Positions 8,731-16,647 of a stretch of 17,687 nt of DNA are shown one piece after another; the first letter of the stretch is position 1; each line of letters opens with the position of its first letter. A program made the position numbers and the translations under genes. The stretch spans positions 1 through 17,687 of the forward strand of contig JANNXQ010000203.1 of NCBI GenBank assembly GCA_031409655.1, in the 5' to 3' direction. A model generated the notes under the pieces. It saw nothing but the letters and a program-made list of their open reading frames with translations, had not been told where the DNA came from and did no database searches. This DNA comes from Chthoniobacteraceae bacterium (GTDB lineage Bacteria; Verrucomicrobiota; Verrucomicrobiia; Chthoniobacterales; Chthoniobacteraceae).

Positions 8731-9581
8731 CAAACGGGAGCGTCGCCGCCGAGGGCCGCGCCGAGTGCGGCGAGGTGGGCCGGGCCGACCCCGCAGCAAC
8801 CACCGAGCAAGTGGACGCCACGCTCGATGAGGCGGACGCTGGCAGTGGCGAATTCCTCAGGGGCCAGTGGATAGACGAGCCTGCCGGCGTTTGCGCGCGG
8901 CAGACCGGCGCTCGGGAAGACGGAGATCGGGCCGGGGTCGGTAGTGGTCGCGAGCGCGGTGAAGGCGGCGTGCGGGTCGAGGCAATTGCTGCCGACGACG
9001 TCCGCGTCCCCGGCGCGGAGACGCGTCCAGGCGACGGCGAGCGTGGTGCCATCCGGCAGGCGGCCAGCGGCGTCGCAGGCGAGCGACGTGATCACGGGGC
9101 AGTGATGCAGGGAATGCTTCATCTCGAGCGCGATGAGCAGTTCATCGAGGTCGGTGAAAGTTTCGAGGACGATGAGCTGCGCGCCGCCATCGAGCAGCGC
9201 GCCGATCTGCTCGGTGAAAATCGCCGCACGATCCAGCTCGGCGGTGCCGGGACCGAGCGGGCCGACACAGCCGGCCACGTAAACGCCTTTGCCCCGGGCG
9301 CAGTCGCGCGCGAGTTGGGCCGCGGTCCAGTTGATTTCACCCACGCGATTTTCGAAGCCGTGCGCCGCGAGTCGATGGGCGTTCGCGCCGAAGGAATTCG
9401 TCCGGAGCACCCGCGCCCCGGCAGCGATCGAGGCAGCGTGGACCGCCTGGACTCGCTCCTGCGCGCTCACGCAGAGCTCCTCCAGACACGCGTCGCGAGG
9501 CACGCCAGCGGCGAGGAGTTCCGTGCCCATCGCGCCATCGGCGAGCAGCGGGTGGTCTTGCAGTTCATCGAGGAAAGCCAT
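8730..9581 (-). CDS. Homocysteine S-methyltransferase family protein (standalone Hcy-binding Zn domain)
   Basis: LADGAMGTEL, AGARVLRTNSFGAN, LETFTDLDEL, Zn-ligand motifs GSNC and GGCCG. 283 aa from ATG 9581, with no fused MTHFR or pterin domain. Confidence 0.9.
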   Translation of the reverse strand: MAFLDELQDHPLLADGAMGTELLAAGVPRDACLEELCVSAQERVQAVHAASIAAGARVLRTNSFGANAHRLAAHGFENRVGEINWTAAQLARDCARGKGVYVAGCVGPLGPGTAELDRAAIFTEQIGALLDGGAQLIVLETFTDLDELLIALEMKHSLHHCPVITSLACDAAGRLPDGTTLAVAWTRLRAGDADVVGSNCLDPHAAFTALATTTDPGPISVFPSAGLPRANAGRLVYPLAPEEFATASVRLIERGVHLLGGCCGVGPAHLAALGAALGGDAPV

Positions 9582-9646
9582 CGTCCCGCGGAGTCTTCGG
9601 TGCCGCGCGGAGGCTGACGAGGAAAAGATTCCGCCGGTGCGCCCGC

Positions 9647-9674
9647 TTGCATTCCACTTCTCCTCCGACACACT
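9647..9674 (+). promoter_or_regulatory. Putative promoter for the lipoprotein operon (possibly leaderless)
   Basis: TTGCAT (9647-9652), 16 nt, CACACT (9669-9674); ATG 7 nt later at 9682. Confidence 0.4.
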
Positions 9675-9681
9675 CGCGCAC

Positions 9682-10506
9682 ATGAAAATCCTGCCCCGGC
9701 TGCTCACCCTCGCTGCCTTCGTCCCCGCGCTCTTTCTCGCGGGCTGCTTCCAAATCGATGCCGTGGTGAAAGTGAAACCGGACGGCTCCGGGACCATCGA
9801 GCAGAAGATGATGCTCGGGGGCGAAGTGGTCGCGCAGATGAAGTCGATGGCGCAGGCTTTCGGCGGCGACAAGAACGCGAAGGGCACGGAGATCTACGAC
9901 GAGGCCAAGCTCAAGGCGCAGGCGGCCGAGATGGGCGAAGGGGTGACTTTCGTCTCCGGAAAAAAGGCCGCGGAGGCAGATGGGAGCGAGGGTTACACGG
10001 CGATCTACGCCTTCACCGATATCAGCAAAGTGAAGCTCAAGACGTCGCCTTCGTCGTTCGGCGCGCCAGGTGGCATGGCGATGAAGACGAGCAGCAAAGA
10101 GCCACCGGTGACTTTTCAATTTACCAAAGGCAAGCCGGCGGAACTGACGGTCATCACGCAGCGGCCCAAGCCCGATGCGGCGAAGAAAAAGGAGGCCGGC
10201 CCTTCCCCCGAAGACGCGGCGCAGGACGCGATGCTGCCGATGATGCAGCAGATGATGAAAGGCATGCGGATGAATGTGGCCATCGAAGTCGTGGGGAAAA
10301 TCACCGAGACGAATGCGCAGTGGCGCGAGGGTTCGCGGGTCACGATGATGGACGTGGAGATGAACAAGCTCATGGCCGATCCCGTGAAATTTAAGGCGAT
10401 GACGAAGATCAAGGAGCCAAACTCGCCGGAAGCGAAGGCGCTGCTCGCCGGGGTGCCGGGGATCAAGGTGGAACTGGCGGATACCGTGAAGATCAAGTTT
10501 CAGTAA
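9682..10506 (+). CDS. Lipoprotein of unknown function
   Basis: MKILPRLLTLAAFVPALFLAG|C with an LAGC lipobox; VKVKPDGSGT after the Cys recalls LppM-like lipoproteins; Met/Lys-rich with strong coding codon bias. Confidence 0.82.
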   Translation: MKILPRLLTLAAFVPALFLAGCFQIDAVVKVKPDGSGTIEQKMMLGGEVVAQMKSMAQAFGGDKNAKGTEIYDEAKLKAQAAEMGEGVTFVSGKKAAEADGSEGYTAIYAFTDISKVKLKTSPSSFGAPGGMAMKTSSKEPPVTFQFTKGKPAELTVITQRPKPDAAKKKEAGPSPEDAAQDAMLPMMQQMMKGMRMNVAIEVVGKITETNAQWREGSRVTMMDVEMNKLMADPVKFKAMTKIKEPNSPEAKALLAGVPGIKVELADTVKIKFQ

Positions 10507-10518
10507 GCCCCCGTCCGG

Positions 10519-11682
10519 ATGAAATCCCTCGACGCCAAGATCGCTGAAATCCGCAAGAACCCATCCGGGAGCAAGGCTTTCATCATCGCGGATGCGAAGG
10601 ATGCGGACATGGCCTTTGGCATCACCGCGCCGGGGAGCAAACGCCCGCTGAATCCCGAGCGCGTCCTGAAGTCGGAGATCCACTGGAAGACGCTCGAGGA
10701 ATACCGCGAGCAGATCCGCGCCGTGGTCCAGCAGGGGCTCGTGGACATCATGCTGATGTCGGCGTCGAATGTGGAGCAGCTCGCCACGCGGGAGCGGCTC
10801 TTTGCCGATTCGCACATTACCCCGGCGGCGCGCGCGAATGACGCGACAGACATCTGGGTCGTCCGCGGCGCGGAGTACATCAAGGAAGCATCGCGGCCAT
10901 TCCGCAGCGCGACCATCGACCACATTAAGTGCGGCGCACTCGCCTGCGCTGACGATGCTCCCGCGACGGGTGCGGACCTCGGGCTCTATTCGGTCACCTT
11001 CACGAACAACTTCGACCGCGACTACGAAACGCTCTGCGCCTTCAAGGAATTCCGCGAAGAGGCCGAGCGGAAAAACTTCCGCTACTTCCTCGAGGTCTTC
11101 GATCCAAACGTGGACACGGGCCTGGCACCCGAGGCGCTCGATGGCTTCATCAATGATCACATCATCCGCAGTCTCGCTGGCGTGACCGAGAAAGGGCGCC
11201 CGCTCTTCCTGAAGATCGCGTGGCGGGGGCCGCGGGCCATGGAAGAGCTCGTCGCCTACGATCCGCAGCTCGTCGTCGGCATCCTCGGCGGCAGCGCCGG
11301 GACGACTTACGATGCCTTCAAGCTCATCGCCGATGCGCAGAAACACGGCGCGCGGGTGGCGCTCTTCGGCCGCAAGATCAATCACGCGGAACAGCCGCTC
11401 GCTTTCATCGAGATGCTGCGGCGCATCGTGGAAGGCGCGATCACGCCGGAGGAGGCGGTGAAGGCGTATCACGGCGTTTTGCAATCGCTGGGTATCCAGC
11501 CGCATCGTCCGCTCGCGGAAGATCAGAAGCTCACGTCTGGCGCGACGAGCTACGGCGGGTCCAGCGGCGCGCGCACGACGATCGTCAAATCCGACGGCGC
11601 ACCCGCGTCCGCGGAGGCCAAGCCTGCGACCAGCCGCGTGGCGGAGCATCTCGCGCGAATCCGCGAGCGCTTCGGCGAGTAA
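10519..11682 (+). CDS. Conserved hypothetical protein, probable class I aldolase-like TIM barrel
   Basis: 387 aa with repeating beta/alpha units: YFLEVF, LFLKIAWRG (candidate Schiff-base Lys), VGILGGS, GARVALFGRKI. The order resembles DhnA/LacD-type aldolases. 12 nt downstream of the lipoprotein gene. Confidence 0.62.
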   Translation: MKSLDAKIAEIRKNPSGSKAFIIADAKDADMAFGITAPGSKRPLNPERVLKSEIHWKTLEEYREQIRAVVQQGLVDIMLMSASNVEQLATRERLFADSHITPAARANDATDIWVVRGAEYIKEASRPFRSATIDHIKCGALACADDAPATGADLGLYSVTFTNNFDRDYETLCAFKEFREEAERKNFRYFLEVFDPNVDTGLAPEALDGFINDHIIRSLAGVTEKGRPLFLKIAWRGPRAMEELVAYDPQLVVGILGGSAGTTYDAFKLIADAQKHGARVALFGRKINHAEQPLAFIEMLRRIVEGAITPEEAVKAYHGVLQSLGIQPHRPLAEDQKLTSGATSYGGSSGARTTIVKSDGAPASAEAKPATSRVAEHLARIRERFGE

Positions 11683-11710
11683 CCGTGCCGTGCGGAATCA
11701 GCGGCGCGCT

Positions 11711-11738
11711 TTGACTTCACCGCGCGCGCTCTTACGCT
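11711..11738 (+). promoter_or_regulatory. sigma70-type promoter for the DUF4870-type gene
   Basis: TTGACT (11711-11716), 16 nt, TACGCT (11733-11738); 13 nt before ATG 11752. Confidence 0.55.
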
Positions 11739-11751
11739 TTGATCCTCCACC

Positions 11752-12183
11752 ATGACCGATCCCGAAGTCCCAGCACCCGCTCCCGTTTCACCGCCCGTCC
11801 CCGGGCCGGGGAGCGGCATCCCCCGGCACGTGGCCGCTGGTCTTGCGCTGCTGGTGCCCTTGGTCGGAGGCGTCGTTTTTCTGGTGATCGAAAAGGAGGA
11901 CAAATTCGTCCGCTTTAACGCCATGCAGTCCGTCTTTCTCGGCGGACTCCTCCTGGCCGTGTCGCTGGGACTCGGGCTCGCCGAGTTGATTTTCCGTCAG
12001 GTGCCCTTCGTCGGCTGGCTGGTAGCGCTCGGATTTATGGCCGCCAATCTGGTCTTCTCGCTCTGGTGGCTGGTCGTCTGGCTGATCGCGACGGTGAAGG
12101 CCTTTACCGAAAAGGAGTGGGAAGTGCCCGTGCTCGGAGCCCTCGCCCGGAAGCAACTCGGCGAACCGCCTGCGGTTACCTAA
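11752..12183 (+). CDS. DUF4870/Tic20-like small membrane protein
   Basis: AAGLALLVPLVGGVVFLVIEKEDKFVRFNAMQS...VPFVGWL...KAFTEKEWEVPVLG is typical of this family; three hydrophobic segments. Confidence 0.8.
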   Translation: MTDPEVPAPAPVSPPVPGPGSGIPRHVAAGLALLVPLVGGVVFLVIEKEDKFVRFNAMQSVFLGGLLLAVSLGLGLAELIFRQVPFVGWLVALGFMAANLVFSLWWLVVWLIATVKAFTEKEWEVPVLGALARKQLGEPPAVT

Positions 12184-12236
12184 AGCGGCCGACAAAAAGC
12201 CTTTCCGGCGGCGCATGGGCTGCCGAGGGCGGGAAC

Positions 12237-12346
12237 AAAGCGGCGCGAGGACGCGCCGCACTCCAAAGCGCTTCGCGCGAAAGAAACCGGACGCCTCGTT
12301 TTGCGGCGCAGCCGCTTTGGCGTGCGGCGCGTCCCCGCGCCGCTTT
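12237..12346. repeat. REP-like inverted doublet (34-bp arms, each itself a palindrome)
   Basis: Arm 12237-12270 and the reverse complement of 12313-12346 match at 32/34. Each arm has the hairpin GCGGCGCG-4nt-CGCGCCGC. Lies between convergent genes. Confidence 0.88.
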
Positions 12347-12384
12347 CTTCACGCACCGATCCAGGATCAATTTTTGCAGACGCT

Positions 12385-13281
12385 CTAACCGGACGCCATC
12401 CGGGCTAGCTTGGTGACTAAGGATGCGACGTCCGTCGAGGCAATGACCTTCACCGGTTCCAGCGAGGGCTCGCGACGGAACCACGTCATCTGGCGTTTCG
12501 CGTAGCGCCGCGTGGCTTGCTGGATCGCGGTGCTGCACTCGGCTCGCGTGATCTCACCAGCCAGCAGCGCGCGGATCTCGCGGAGGCCGAGCACTTGTTC
12601 TGCGGTCGGTCCGAGTTTGCCCACGCGCTCCACCTCGTCGATCACGCCGTCTGCAAACATCGCTTCGGTTCGCGCGGCGATGCGGTCGTGAAGTTCGGCC
12701 CGGTCGCGGGTGAGCACGACGCCGCACCTTTCATTGTCCGACGCCGTCCATTGCTCGCGGAAGCTTGAGAAAGGTTTCCCGGTGAGGAGGCACACCTCCA
12801 GGGCGCGGATGACGCGGCGCGGGTTTTTGAGATCGATCTGTGCGGTCGAGACTGGGTCGAGTTCGGTCAGGCGTCGTTGGAGTTCCGTCAGCGGTAGTGG
12901 CTCGAGATCGCTGCGCAAAGCGGCGTCCGCGGGAGGAAGTTCGGCGAGGCCGCGGGTGAGCGCGCGGAGATAGAGTCCAGTGCCACCGCAGACAATCGGC
13001 ACGCGGCCCCGCGCGTGAATTTCCGCGATCCGCTGCCGAGCGGCGGCCAGGTACTGCGCCACATCGAAGGCTTGGGTGAGCGGCACTTCACCGAGCAAGT
13101 GATGGGGAATCAGGTTGCGCAGTTCCGCAGACGGCTTCGCGGTGAGCAGGTCGAGGCCGGCGTAGATTTGGAACGCATCCGCGCCGACGATCTCGCCGCC
13201 GCACTCCTGCGCGACCGCGACGGCGATCTCGGATTTTCCGACCGCCGTGGGGCCGGCGATGATGAAGAAAGGGCGAAGCAT
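12385..13281 (-). CDS. miaA: tRNA (adenosine(37)-N6)-dimethylallyltransferase
   Basis: P-loop IAGPTAVGKS, DAFQIYAGLDLLTAKP, CGGTGLYL, NPRRVIRALEV, TRRYAKRQMTWFR. Confidence 0.96.
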   Translation of the reverse strand: MLRPFFIIAGPTAVGKSEIAVAVAQECGGEIVGADAFQIYAGLDLLTAKPSAELRNLIPHHLLGEVPLTQAFDVAQYLAAARQRIAEIHARGRVPIVCGGTGLYLRALTRGLAELPPADAALRSDLEPLPLTELQRRLTELDPVSTAQIDLKNPRRVIRALEVCLLTGKPFSSFREQWTASDNERCGVVLTRDRAELHDRIAARTEAMFADGVIDEVERVGKLGPTAEQVLGLREIRALLAGEITRAECSTAIQQATRRYAKRQMTWFRREPSLEPVKVIASTDVASLVTKLARMASG

Positions 13282-13343
13282 GGAGGCGCGTTGGAAGTTG
13301 GAGCAAACGCCTTTGCAGGTCGAGGAGCCGGAGTGTTCGGCGC

Positions 13344-13378
13344 AAAATAAAGAGGCTCACCGTTTCCGGTGAGCCTCT
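13344..13378 (-). terminator. Intrinsic terminator downstream of the RRM protein gene
   Basis: Minus strand: perfect 12-bp stem AGAGGCTCACCG-GAAA-CGGTGAGCCTCT followed by TTATTTT. Confidence 0.88.
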
Positions 13379-13411
13379 CGATTTGAAGGTGGGCGATTTT
13401 TGCCGGAGCGA

Positions 13412-13927
13412 TTAGTAGCCGCCCGTCTTTGCGCCGCTGACGACGAGCTTGCGGCCCATGAAGTCCTTGTCGTGCAACTCGGTGACCGCGCGTTTCGCTT
13501 CTTCGGTCGTGGTCATGGTCACAAAGCCAAACCCCTTCGATTTATCGGAGTCCTTGTGGGTGACGATCTCGGCGTTGGTCACTGCTCCGACGCCGTTGAA
13601 GAGTTCGGACAGATCGTTCTCCGTGGTGCTGTAGCTGAGGTTGCCCACGTAGAGTTTCGGTGAGGTGACTTCGACGTTCTCGGGCTTTCGGGCTTGGCGC
13701 GAGGAGCGGCCATCGTCCGCCGATTGACGCGAGCGGTTCGCCTCCGCTTGAGGATACGAACCGTTTGCTGGCTGACTCTTCGGTTTGAAAAACGCGACGA
13801 TTTTCTGCCAGAGAGACTGCGGCTCTGGGGGACGCTGCGGGGCGCGTGGGGCGTCGCGCCGATCGCGGGATTGGGGTCGGCGTCCGCCACGACGGCGGTC
13901 CGAGCCCCGGGATTCTTGGGATCTCAT
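13412..13927 (-). CDS. RRM-domain RNA-binding protein with Arg-rich N-terminal extension
   Basis: RNP2 LYVGNL and RNP1 KGFGFVTM in the C-terminal ~80 aa; the N-terminal ~85 aa are low-complexity and R/G/P/S-rich; strong terminator downstream. Confidence 0.92.
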   Translation of the reverse strand: MRSQESRGSDRRRGGRRPQSRDRRDAPRAPQRPPEPQSLWQKIVAFFKPKSQPANGSYPQAEANRSRQSADDGRSSRQARKPENVEVTSPKLYVGNLSYSTTENDLSELFNGVGAVTNAEIVTHKDSDKSKGFGFVTMTTTEEAKRAVTELHDKDFMGRKLVVSGAKTGGY

Positions 13928-14355
13928 TTTGGTATGCTTTCGAGTTGTAGGTTGCTGCGTGGCTGGCGAAGCGCACGGTGCGTGCAGGGTTCCTCTCGCG
14001 ACCCCCGGTGGCCCGCTGCGGGCCGAGACCGGTCGGGGTCGTTTTCGGAAAACTTCGCCGGGTGGAGCAGGGGACGCCGCTGGGATGGCGCCTCCCTCCG
14101 AGCCGCCCGGAACGTGCGGGACTAAGGCACCGCGCCGCCGGGACGAGGGAACCGAGCAGGAGTAAGAAGGAGAAGAATCTACTCATGAACGGATCACTGG
14201 CTGAGGGGTTGACAAGCGGACCGGAAGCCCATGGAAAACCCTGCTGCCGCGTGGGAGCTAAGCCACGGGGGTTGGTTCGGCAAGATGAAACTTCGGCCAG
14301 GTGAAGGAAATGCGGGGCGCCCGCGGGAAACGAGGTCTGCCGAGGAAGGCGCATT

Positions 14356-16554
14356 TCAGCACAGGCCCCAGCGTCGGCGCAGGTACCAATCCGATCCGAA
14401 AAGGAGGCCGATCGACCAAAAGATCCACCAGCGATCCCAGGCGCTGGTGAGCTTGGTCATCGGTTCCGCGGGGATTTCCTGGCTCTTGAGTTCTTTGAGC
14501 AGGCCGCCGAGTTCGCCGGGGGTGAGCAGGCGCCCGCCGCTCGCCTCGCACAGCTTCTTCAGGTAGCTGGCGTCGGTGGCGACTTCCGTTTGCTCGAGAT
14601 TTTCGTCGAAGACGATGAAGCGCACGCTCTGCTTGGTGCCGTCGAGGAACTCCGCTGTGGCGGTGAATTTGCCCGCCTTTTCGCCGACAAACTCCGCGGC
14701 GAGTTTGCCCGGTTCGGTGGCGCTGAGCGTCGTGCGGAAGGTCTCGCCGCCGCTGTTTTGTACGACCAGTGGGACGTCGCCCGAGATCGGCGGAGTGCCA
14801 TGCTGCAGCACACGAAAGTAGATTTTTTCCCCGAGCGGGATATTCGCCGAGCTGCTGCGGAGCGCGAATTTCTGGGCGGGTTGAAAGTCTCGACCGGCCA
14901 TGAGCCAGAGGATCATCTGATCCCAGAAACGATCGAAGACGGTGTTCGCGCCTTCCACCTTTGCATTGAATGCCCAGCGCCAGAGGCCATCCACGCCCAC
15001 GCTCAGCACCTGCCCGTCGCCGAAGCGCCGATGCACCATGCCGGGCATCGGCTCGCCGCCGCTCGTGCTTTGCGCGCTGGCCAGGGTGGCGGTGAGCGGT
15101 TTCTTGGCGAGAGCGGGATAGCCGGCGATCAGGTCCGGCACGGCGTCCGGTCCGGCCTGCTCCTGGATCGTGCGGAAAGGCGCGAGCGCCTGACCTTCGC
15201 GACCGACTTGCAGCCTAACATGTTCGGTGGGTGTGGTGGACCAGATCACGGGTTCGAGATCGTTCTTCGCCAGCCCGCCGCCGAAAGCCGGGCCGCGCGC
15301 GAAGATCACGGTGCCCCCTTGATCTTTCACATAACTCTCGAGCCGCCGCAGATCCTCGATGCCGAGCAGACTTTCGATCGAGCGCCCGAGCACCACGACA
15401 TCGTAGCGCCGCCAATCTTCGACGCTTGCGGGAATCTTCAGCTCCTTTTCCCCGGCCTTTTTGCGGATCAGGCGCGCCTTCCCTTTCGCGTATTGCACGA
15501 TGCTATCCACGTTCATCTTGTCGTTCCGCAGCAGCGAGCGGGAGAGAAAGGTGGTGTCCCAGTAGGGTGCGCCTTCGAGGAAGAGCACCTGGATTTGCTG
15601 GTCGATGACGTTGAGGAAAGTGAGCGCGTGGTTGTTTTCGTGATTCACTTCGCGGTCCAGCGGCACGACGCGAATCTCGTACTCAAATTGCCCGACGACT
15701 GGCTCGATGACCTCGAAGTTCACCGCGACCTCGGTCTCCTCCCCCGCGGAAACCTTTTTGGTCTGCACGACCTTCTCGCCGCGGAGCAATTCCACGGTCA
15801 GCGTTTCGAGTTCGCAGCCGATCAGGCGCAGGGCAGCGGCGATCCGCGCCTTTTGCTTTACGTAAGTGTAGGGCTGGTAACTGGTGATCCGCGCCGAGAC
15901 GTCGCGCACTTTGCCCTGCCGGCCGAGCGGCACGGCGAAGATGGGTGTGCCTCGCGAGCGAGCGACGAAGCCGGTCTTCGCGGGATTCACGAGTTCAAAG
16001 TCGTGGCCATCGCTCAGCAGGACGAGGGCGCGGGCGGTCTCGTCCGCGCGGAGTGAGCCGAGCATCGTGGAGACGCTGCGGTGGACGCGGGTCGAGGCGC
16101 CCTCGGCATCCAGCGTCGCGAGCGTCGTGAGCGGCGCGGCGTCTTCGGAGAATTTGAACAAACGGAGGCTGCCTTCAGCGGGCGAGCCGTCGGGCGCGGT
16201 GAACTCGGCGTCGGCGAGGATGGAGCGCGCTTCGTCTGAGCGCGTGCCTTGAGCGACGTCGCGCTGTGCCATGCTTTTGGAATCGTCGATGCCGATGAGA
16301 GTCACGCGGCTGGCCGCGGGCGGGGGCACTTCCTCCTGCCGCGAAGGCTGCAAGAGCAGCAGCAGCACCAGTGCGACCCCGGCGCTGCGCAGGACGAGGA
16401 GAGTCGTGCTCTGCGCCGCGCTCAGCCGCGCGCCGGTGCGGCGATACACCGCAAAAGTGAGCGCGAGCAAAACGAGTCCGAGGATCGTGACAGCGCCGAT
16501 CGGCAGGATCGGATCGAGAACGAGGCTCGGGTTCGCCACTGGGAGGGGAGTCAT
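14356..16554 (-). CDS. Membrane-anchored VWA-like / Ig-like / GATase1-like multidomain protein
   Basis: Two N-terminal TM helices; MIDAS-like IDDSKSM and LVLLSDG; beta-rich middle; VLFLEGAPYWD...YDVVVLG...YVKDQGGTVIF class I amidotransferase-like fold; C-terminal TM ending DWYLRRRWGLC. Confidence 0.78.
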   Translation of the reverse strand: MTPLPVANPSLVLDPILPIGAVTILGLVLLALTFAVYRRTGARLSAAQSTTLLVLRSAGVALVLLLLLQPSRQEEVPPPAASRVTLIGIDDSKSMAQRDVAQGTRSDEARSILADAEFTAPDGSPAEGSLRLFKFSEDAAPLTTLATLDAEGASTRVHRSVSTMLGSLRADETARALVLLSDGHDFELVNPAKTGFVARSRGTPIFAVPLGRQGKVRDVSARITSYQPYTYVKQKARIAAALRLIGCELETLTVELLRGEKVVQTKKVSAGEETEVAVNFEVIEPVVGQFEYEIRVVPLDREVNHENNHALTFLNVIDQQIQVLFLEGAPYWDTTFLSRSLLRNDKMNVDSIVQYAKGKARLIRKKAGEKELKIPASVEDWRRYDVVVLGRSIESLLGIEDLRRLESYVKDQGGTVIFARGPAFGGGLAKNDLEPVIWSTTPTEHVRLQVGREGQALAPFRTIQEQAGPDAVPDLIAGYPALAKKPLTATLASAQSTSGGEPMPGMVHRRFGDGQVLSVGVDGLWRWAFNAKVEGANTVFDRFWDQMILWLMAGRDFQPAQKFALRSSSANIPLGEKIYFRVLQHGTPPISGDVPLVVQNSGGETFRTTLSATEPGKLAAEFVGEKAGKFTATAEFLDGTKQSVRFIVFDENLEQTEVATDASYLKKLCEASGGRLLTPGELGGLLKELKSQEIPAEPMTKLTSAWDRWWIFWSIGLLFGSDWYLRRRWGLC

Positions 16555-16647
16555 GCCGGTTCGGTGTGCGGCGCCATGTCAGCGAAGATTCCGACATTCC
16601 CCAAACACTAAATGGCCTCATCGAGGAGTTTGCGCGCGGGCAGAAAC

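Noticed and set aside
5902..9887. Long N-terminal extensions in track ORFs (starts 5902, 7137, 8799, 9289, 9887)
   Set aside because: They overlap promoters or neighbouring genes; family-like sequence begins at the downstream ATGs used in the feature list.
9565..11649. 694-aa minus-strand ORF (likewise 4608..5681(-), 14590..16056(+), 7964..9052(-))
   Set aside because: They overlap well-supported genes and have the composition of non-coding frames.
6016..11682. AI-2 quorum-sensing module (AI-2E transporter plus LsrF-like aldolase)
   Set aside because: The genes are separated by unrelated loci; AI-2E family membership does not imply AI-2 transport; no luxS, lsrK or lsrG in the window.
14209..14240. 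Plus-strand TTGACA as promoter of an antisense RNA
   Set aside because: No TAnnnT-like -10 element at 16-18 bp spacing.
13542..14354. Minus-strand ORF containing signal-peptide-like MSRFFSFLLLLGSLVPAARC from ATG 14186
   Set aside because: The hydrophobic stretch comes from a pyrimidine tract; the rest is R/P/S-rich and overlaps the RRM gene out of frame. A leader-peptide role cannot be fully excluded.
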